From the NCBI RefSeq assembly GCF_000181795.1, contig NW_003526945.1, positions 3,700,847 to 3,733,115 of the forward strand: a stretch of DNA of 32,269 nt. The letters run 5' to 3'. Both the position numbers and the translations under genes were made by a program. The notes below the pieces were generated by a model. That model had not been told where the DNA came from, did no database searches, and saw only the letters and a program-made list of their open reading frames with translations. The stretch is from Trichinella spiralis (Eukaryota). The first letter of the stretch is position 1. Each line of letters starts with the position of its first letter. Below are positions 24,866-32,269 of this stretch, piece by piece.

Positions 24866-25279
24866 NNNNNNNNNNNNNNNNNNNNNNNNNNNNNNNNNNN
24901 NNNNNNNNNNNNNNNNNNNNNNNNNNNNNNNNNNNNNNNNNNNNNNNNNNNNNNNNNNNNNNNNNNNNNNNNNNNNNNNNNNNNNNNNNNNNNNNNNNNN
25001 NNNNNNNNNNNNNNNNNNNNNNNNNNNNNNNNNNNNNNNNNNNNNNNNNNNNNNNNNNNNNNNNNNNNNNNNNNNNNNNNNNNNNNNNNNNNNNNNNNNN
25101 NNNNNNNNNNNNNNNNNNNNNNNNNNNNNNNNNNNNNNNNNNNNNNNNNNNNNNNNNNNNNNNNNNNNNNNNNNNNNNNNNNNNNNNNNNNNNNNNNNNN
25201 NNNNNNNNNNNNNNNNNNNNNNNNNNNNNNNNNNNNNNNNNNNNNNNNNNNNNNNNNNNNNNNNNNNNNNNNNNNNNNN
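24866..25279. other. Assembly gap (N run)
   Basis: Run of N. Confidence 1.
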
Positions 25280-25610
25280 AACTTCAAATGTAATTTGAAA
25301 TGCAACATCAAACAGATCAGCTACATCATAGGCGCTGCGTTTGATGCGGAATGTTTAAATATTTCGTTATCATTAAAATATACATTAAAAGGTTGCAAAT
25401 GGAAATGAAAACAGATGGCAATTTAAGCGTTCACCAACGCACTAGTCGGTTTCGTTCAGATGTAAAAATAGAAAGTTTATAATTTACACCAAATATATAA
25501 ATAAATTTGTTTTTTAAGTTGTAAATAATATTGCAGATTTTTTATTTAAATGAAACAGAAGAATGAAAATAATAACACTGACGAAAGAGGTAAAAACTTT
25601 CTGAAGTTGA

Positions 25611-26025
25611 AAGTAAAATTCTTTTATTGCTATCAGGAAAGATTTTCAGAGAACAGTCAGCCTGAAATTAGAAAAGTATTTAAATGCTAATAAATGAGCA
25701 GTTGCCATGCCTAGTTTTAGCTGACAACTGCAGCTGTGGACAATTCATCACTTGTTGATTTTTCCATTGTATTACAATCGCCTTTAGCTAATCATCAGAA
25801 TATTTTCTGACAAACGGAAAAGCATCTTATGCATAAATCTCATTGAATTGCTAGCTGAAACGTAATTTATTTGATGAACTCAGATAAATGAGTGTAAAAC
25901 ACTTTGAAAGCAGAAAGGAAGCGATGGACAGCACGAAGCAGAATAGCAGTTAAAGCTGCTTCAAATTCACTGTGCAGACTGTTCTCTGAAAATCTTTCTT
26001 GATAGCAATCAAAGAATTTTAACTT
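25611..26025. mobile_element. Small foldback/MITE-like element (~415 bp) with ~50-bp terminal inverted arms
   Basis: AAAATTCTTTTATTGCTATCAGGAAAGATTTTCAGAGAACAGTC (to 25658) versus GACTGTTCTCTGAAAATCTTTCTTGATAGCAATCAAAGAATTTT (from 25977), two mismatches. Weaker complementarity continues inward. No internal coding frame seen. Confidence 0.7.
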
Positions 26026-26270
26026 TTTTTTCCATTATTTTACCGTTTAATCACTACAGGAAATTTTTTTCGGCCAAAATCTAATGCACTTAACCAAGTT
26101 GGACTGTATATTATATGAAATGTATAAACGTCAAACAAGATTTTTCATACAAACAGCAAAACTAATCGACATGTATAAAAATACATATATAGATGTTTTG
26201 TAACAAAAGAAACTTTGTAAATATTGTCGTTCACTGATATGTTGTTTATTATTGTTGTTGTTGCTGTTTG

Positions 26271-27255
26271 NNNNNNNNNNNNNNNNNNNNNNNNNNNNNN
26301 NNNNNNNNNNNNNNNNNNNNNNNNNNNNNNNNNNNNNNNNNNNNNNNNNNNNNNNNNNNNNNNNNNNNNNNNNNNNNNNNNNNNNNNNNNNNNNNNNNNN
26401 NNNNNNNNNNNNNNNNNNNNNNNNNNNNNNNNNNNNNNNNNNNNNNNNNNNNNNNNNNNNNNNNNNNNNNNNNNNNNNNNNNNNNNNNNNNNNNNNNNNN
26501 NNNNNNNNNNNNNNNNNNNNNNNNNNNNNNNNNNNNNNNNNNNNNNNNNNNNNNNNNNNNNNNNNNNNNNNNNNNNNNNNNNNNNNNNNNNNNNNNNNNN
26601 NNNNNNNNNNNNNNNNNNNNNNNNNNNNNNNNNNNNNNNNNNNNNNNNNNNNNNNNNNNNNNNNNNNNNNNNNNNNNNNNNNNNNNNNNNNNNNNNNNNN
26701 NNNNNNNNNNNNNNNNNNNNNNNNNNNNNNNNNNNNNNNNNNNNNNNNNNNNNNNNNNNNNNNNNNNNNNNNNNNNNNNNNNNNNNNNNNNNNNNNNNNN
26801 NNNNNNNNNNNNNNNNNNNNNNNNNNNNNNNNNNNNNNNNNNNNNNNNNNNNNNNNNNNNNNNNNNNNNNNNNNNNNNNNNNNNNNNNNNNNNNNNNNNN
26901 NNNNNNNNNNNNNNNNNNNNNNNNNNNNNNNNNNNNNNNNNNNNNNNNNNNNNNNNNNNNNNNNNNNNNNNNNNNNNNNNNNNNNNNNNNNNNNNNNNNN
27001 NNNNNNNNNNNNNNNNNNNNNNNNNNNNNNNNNNNNNNNNNNNNNNNNNNNNNNNNNNNNNNNNNNNNNNNNNNNNNNNNNNNNNNNNNNNNNNNNNNNN
27101 NNNNNNNNNNNNNNNNNNNNNNNNNNNNNNNNNNNNNNNNNNNNNNNNNNNNNNNNNNNNNNNNNNNNNNNNNNNNNNNNNNNNNNNNNNNNNNNNNNNN
27201 NNNNNNNNNNNNNNNNNNNNNNNNNNNNNNNNNNNNNNNNNNNNNNNNNNNNNNN
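26271..27255. other. Assembly gap (N run)
   Basis: Run of N. Confidence 1.
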
Positions 27256-27294
27256 ATCACAACTGAAGAGTTGGAATCAATGAGCAATTAGACG

Positions 27295-27426
27295 AGGAAA
27301 ACCAATACGACAAAGACTTCACGGCCCAATAAAATAAAAACCAATAGGACAAAGATTTGACGGTCCAATAAAATAGCGTGGGTAAAGACCAATAAGAGAA
27401 AAGTAGGACCCAGTAAGAACAAACCC
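27295..27426 (-). repeat. Right arm of the ~130-bp inverted repeat (partner 24573-24704)
   Basis: AGGAAAACCAATACGACAAAGACTTCACGGCCCAATAAAAT..AGTAAGAACAAACCC is the reverse complement of the left arm with scattered mismatches. Confidence 0.9.
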
Positions 27427-28654
27427 AATATTGCATAAAATTTGCATTACTATCTCTTCCTTTTTGACGAATTCTCATTTCAGATGCGCAATTAATCAAA
27501 CAATTTACGTTTAAAAAATTTTACGTTTTAAGGATGTTGTAAGCGATAAAGCAAAGTCAGGAACAAATTTTATTTAGATGAGATGTTTTTTTCGCTCAAG
27601 CATTTAAACGTTTTGTAATAAATATTCACAATATGGCTATTCACAATTCACAATATTTTTTTCTTCGAGGTATCTCATTTTTTTCCTTTTACGTTATGCT
27701 CTTTTTCTTTCATTTCAATTTATGAAGAACAACAAGTCTTCAAATCAACAGTCGAAAATATATTGATCTACATTGCATAATATTACATAAAGGTTGAATA
27801 CAAACCTAATAACTTTTATAATTAGTAAAAGTTTTGATTGTGATGATGTTATTACGCTATTAGGACTAATTGTGCAGTGATTTCACATAGGGCGATGTCA
27901 TATTCTAATTTTTTCCACTTGACCTTGAACAAATTTGAAGAATGTAATCCTCATGATTATTTAGTTTTTCAGTGTTTAGAGCAGCAGTCAAGAAGCACGT
28001 TCAGCTCTTCTCATCAATACTATCTTCAATTTCAAAGTAAGTGATCTTTCATTCGTTGGCTTCCGATCAGTTCAAATACGATTGACATCAAACAAACTGT
28101 TAATCACAAATGGAGTGTGAACAAGAAATAGTGCAAGATGAATGTACTATGGAATCTATGAGAAATTTCCTGAATAATTGATGAACCCTGCCACAGCCCA
28201 ATCCATTATCCCACATTTTGTCCAACAGTTTATCCAAAATACCGGTACCAATTTTTCATGTGCAGTTTCATTCACCTCCTCTGCTTAGCTTCTTCCTATG
28301 GTGAGTTACTGTGACTTCTTCACCGTTTTAGTAATGGTCACGGAACTCGCGGAATTCTTTCTCCAGTTTCAAACATAACTGATGCTACTTCTGTATCGTC
28401 GGACTTCAACTTTTTCACTTCATTAAATTTATTTTATCTTAGCGTACCGTGCAACATTTAAGCAACATGCAAGTAGAAGACATTGTTTTACCTGTATATA
28501 AATTATTTTGAAATTTAGAATTGATTTTTGGCTGTATTTTGAAAATTTTATGCAACTCTCACTTATGTGAAAAGTCTCTTTCATTGACAGCGTATGATAG
28601 AAATGCTAATCAAAAATAATAGATATCTACGGTCGATGACAACACTAGATAGAG

Positions 28655-29545
28655 ATGCCGTTGAAACGAAGCAGTTATAATCGCGTATTCATTCTCACAG
28701 AAAAATGCACTGTCTCGAAAGCAGAGCAGTTACGAGTTGCGGTATGTCGAGGCAGTTTTGTTCTTTCGTTGGCGGTTCTTAACAAAGTACTTTCTTTAAC
28801 TTTGCCGCTTTCAAAAGCTCTCCAGGACTCTCGCCTTGATGTATTACAATGTTGAGACAAAATAAATTCTAGAAGAATGGAGAACTAAATCAGAGGAGTG
28901 TTTTCGTGAAATTTGGGAAGCAGCTGAAAAGCTGTACGAAATCGAAATATATCTAGGCTGATGAACAGATCTAGCGTTCCAAAAGAAAATAGAATATTGC
29001 CCACTGACGGTGTGGGAAACTTTCTTGGAGAACGTTATTCAGTAGTTCTTCGACAAATTTCTTCAACACCGCAATAATGCCGTGTGAAATTACACGCTGA
29101 AAAGAAAATGGGAAAACGTACTTCTTTAATATTATCCAGCTAATTCGCCTAATGCTCTTGCATTGCGCCCAAATGATTATTACCCGATCGTGTCATTACT
29201 CTTACAGATTTTCGTCACTCACCCAATCGACTGAGCCAGCGCAGAACGAAGCTTTACTGCAGTGAAATATCTAAAAAGCTTTTTCTGGACTATCATGACA
29301 GGAAAACGACTGTACGGTCTTAAAGTAATGTGTTCGTTCATTCTGTCTTTTCGATTGATCTTGATCTTCTAATATAAAAGTTCAGTTTCAAACGGAATTG
29401 AAACGTGTTGTTCATTTGAAATACAATTAAAATTATTAACTTTGAAGTTATTCTATCACGTAATTGATATTCCAATTCCAATACATGTACATGGTAACTC
29501 TTTTCTGTACTACATCCGCCCCTCTTTATAAATGAAACGCCTCTG
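28655..29545 (+). mobile_element. Decayed hAT-superfamily transposase (PRKRIR/ZMYM1-like type), 3' part, with a probable right terminus
   Basis: SFVLSLAVLNKVLSLTLPLSKALQDSRLDV, and the hAT dimerisation domain YYPIVSLLLQIFVTHPID*ASAERSFTAVKYLKSFFWTIMTGKRLYGL (about 29178-29320, stop at 29232). The end ..CCGCCCCTC..AAACGCCTCTG (29545) reads CAGAGGCG on the minus strand, like a hAT terminal inverted repeat. Confidence 0.85.
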
Positions 29546-32269
29546 TATATTTCAATTAAATGAAGGAGTATAATTTCTTTTTACTAAACTATAAATATGC
29601 ACTTTCAGTTTCATTTCTACTCCATAATTATTTTTATGCTGGTAAAGTGTGGTTTGACCGCACAAGATTTCACAATACAAGACATTCTATCTTGCAGCAA
29701 CTTCAACATCAGTAAATACTATTGATCGTGCAATTTCAAGCACATTCAGATTTTTATGAGAGTGCCACTTACATAAGAATCAGGAAATCAAAGAAAGTAG
29801 CTAAGAGCAACATTTCCTGCAGCAATGTTATGAAAAATCGACAGACTGATTCTATGAGGGAGGAGATAGTAGGGGTGGGTGACGGAGTTGGGAGCTGAAA
29901 TGGAGGTTCGAGGAGGGGAAGGTGGAGAAGAAGTTTTTAGTGTCAAAGTGCGATTTATATAGGAATCAGACAGGTACGCTGGACGAATAAAGCGTGTCAT
30001 AGTGAAAGCCATTGAGAAGTGGGACAGAAATTTGCGTATGATAAAGTAGGCAGAGTTTTTGGAAAAATAGGTGCAAGATAGCGAAGCCATGGAAAGGAAA
30101 TGCATTTGTGGCGACTACTGGAAAATTGTATCTGTTAATCAGATTGACCTTTTTGTTGGGCTGACGAGGGAATGTGAAGCTTGGCAGAAAATTATTGGAC
30201 GTCTCGTTGTTCGCAAACAAGCACAAAAGGCAAAAATGACAAACGACATTAAAATATATCTGGAATTGAGGCATGAATCACAAAGCAATAAATTAAAAGT
30301 ATATGAAAATCTGCAGGTATTAATGCAACTGATGATAGCCGGCTTGGCTGCACCACGGTCAGTAATGACGTAATTCCATCAGACAGTTTTATCTTACATG
30401 AGCACAGAATACAAAGCATAAAAAGGAAATATAACAGATAAAATGAGGAAAAGTAAAAGCATCATTTAATATAAAGTTAAAGCATACATCAAAAATAAAA
30501 TCATGGAAAGGTAATCGATAATTAGATATACAGTAAGATACATTATTTAATTCGCCAAATTAATGATAAGAAGGTTACTAAGCAATACACACGCATAGTT
30601 ATTATTTTATTACGATGCTGTTCGATAAACGGTGGCGATGCGTAACCAAAGTGAACAAGGTAAGATGATGCTACATTCAGGTGAAAGTTTAGTACTGAAA
30701 CTTATTTTCCTGATGTTTTACTATGAATGTATGTATATTTAAGTATTTGAGCAATATTCAATATGATAAACTAGAAATACTTTAAGAGCAAAATTCTCAA
30801 TTACGTATAGTTGAACGTTGAAGGTTTTGGACAAATCCATATTTCAATTTGCTATTTTAGGTAATCATCTAGATTTAATTGGAGAAGACGATAAAATTTT
30901 CAATTTACACTTGCTTATGTCATTCAATTTCATTCTCGACTTAGCAGGTCGAATATCACTAAACGTATAGTGTTATCTATTATGCAAGACAGAAAAATAC
31001 CGTTATTATATAGAAATCGTTTTCAATTTAATTTTGTTATCACTTTACATTTTTTTCTAAATTTTGCACCATGAAGACATTAGATAAATCAAAATTTTCA
31101 TCTAGTTAATTTTGCATGTCTTAGGGCGCAACCAGTGTGCCCAATCATTGTTTATTTTTTGTTGACATTATGTTCAGATTCATATTGACGTAGAATATCC
31201 AACTTACGTAAGCCGGTGTTTAACGCTACGTGCGCAGTGTCTGTCTTTTATGCAAATTGGGCCGTTTGAAAATTAACTTCATATTAGCAGTGCACCAGTT
31301 AAATTGACTTTGTTGACTAACAGAAGCATCGACAGCGATGTTTGCTCGATCTATTTCCGCTTTAACTACTGAGTAAGGTGTGTTATTAGATATAGAAGAA
31401 TCTTATCTATTCAAACAAAGGCGTGGTGCAGTTTCAATTTGAATTTGCATTTCAATTTGTTTGCTTTTGAGCTTATGCGTGGCCTGCATAATATTTGTTC
31501 AAGAAAATGAGAAATACGTTTCGTACTTGTTAATCAATAGAAATGAACTTTATGTAAATTTTCCTGAGGCTACTATTAGTTGCTCTAGAAACTCATTTCA
31601 AGTGATTGTAGGCGAGCGGTGTGCGGCGAATGAACAATGGCGTTTCAATACGATGACAGACGAAGAAGAACAATAAAAACGGCTTTGTTTTTTATTTATT
31701 ATAGCATTATTTCATTAAATTAATTCTTATATATTTAGATACAGAAGAATTGAAGATAAAAGAAGACATCCAGAAGACAAGGGTAAGTTTGGTAAGTATA
31801 ATTCTTTGAGTTAGGCTAATTAGCTAAAGTTCACTGAGGAGTTCTTGAGTCTGTAATTTATATAAATTCGAGCTGTAAGTTATCGAGAATTTAATTCAGA
31901 TGTTTGTTAATTAGAGTAACTGGATGTAGATCATGAGTATTATTATAATTAACTTGAGTGGCTTTCCGCATTTGAACATTTTCACGTCCCATGCCTTTCG
32001 AGTTGAGTTTAGGGTTCATTTGCGGAAAGTGAAATGGTTGAATAATTTGTCGATCATTTCAAAGGACAATTTTTGAGCATAGTGAGTTTTTAGCACTGCT
32101 ATAGTTTGAGTATTAGAATAAGTAAATGCTTGAGAATAGCAGTGCAAGGATAGGAGGAATGTGAGATAGGGTGGTGTGCAGGAGTTCGACGGGTTACACT
32201 GCACGACGCGACCCTAACCGTATCAAATGATCAAAGTCCATATTTTCAAAGCTCACCTGAATCCACCAC

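Noticed and set aside
22254..27291. Long poly-X ORFs
   Set aside because: Artefacts of translating N gaps.
29788..30373. Overlapping ~100-aa ORFs in a purine/G-rich tract, with a similar-looking tract at about 32020-32200
   Set aside because: No recognisable domain or alignable identity between the tracts; possibly repeat remnants but not supportable.
30600..31800. Scattered exon-like pieces on the plus strand (e.g. 31739-31782, TEELKIKEDIQKTR flanked by AG and GTAAGT)
   Set aside because: Could not be assembled into a consistent reading frame or a known protein; needs RNA-seq.

Overview
AT-rich eukaryotic draft-assembly DNA with many short (about 55-130 nt) spliceosomal introns and three N-gaps. 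Gene content and intron style suggest a nematode, probably Trichinella-like (inference only). The left 18 kb is gene-dense and holds five intron-containing genes rebuilt by hand: HPRT (+), a three-Ig probably GPI-anchored lachesin/DIP/RIG-5/IgLON-like protein (+), PDPR (-), mitochondrial ribosomal protein L38 (+) and the CAAX protease RCE1 (-). The right 13 kb is repeat-rich: a decayed BEL/Pao retrotransposon fragment, a ~1.28-kb tandem array of at least three copies, a pair of ~130-bp inverted repeats, a small foldback/MITE-like element and a decayed hAT transposase with one probable terminus. The most notable observations are two alternative signal-peptide first exons in the Ig gene, Glu in place of the HPRT catalytic Asp, two weak-consensus GC-AG introns, and the unexplained tandem unit with exon-like and spliced-leader-like motifs. 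I found no clearly demonstrated novel system; the tandem array is the best open candidate.
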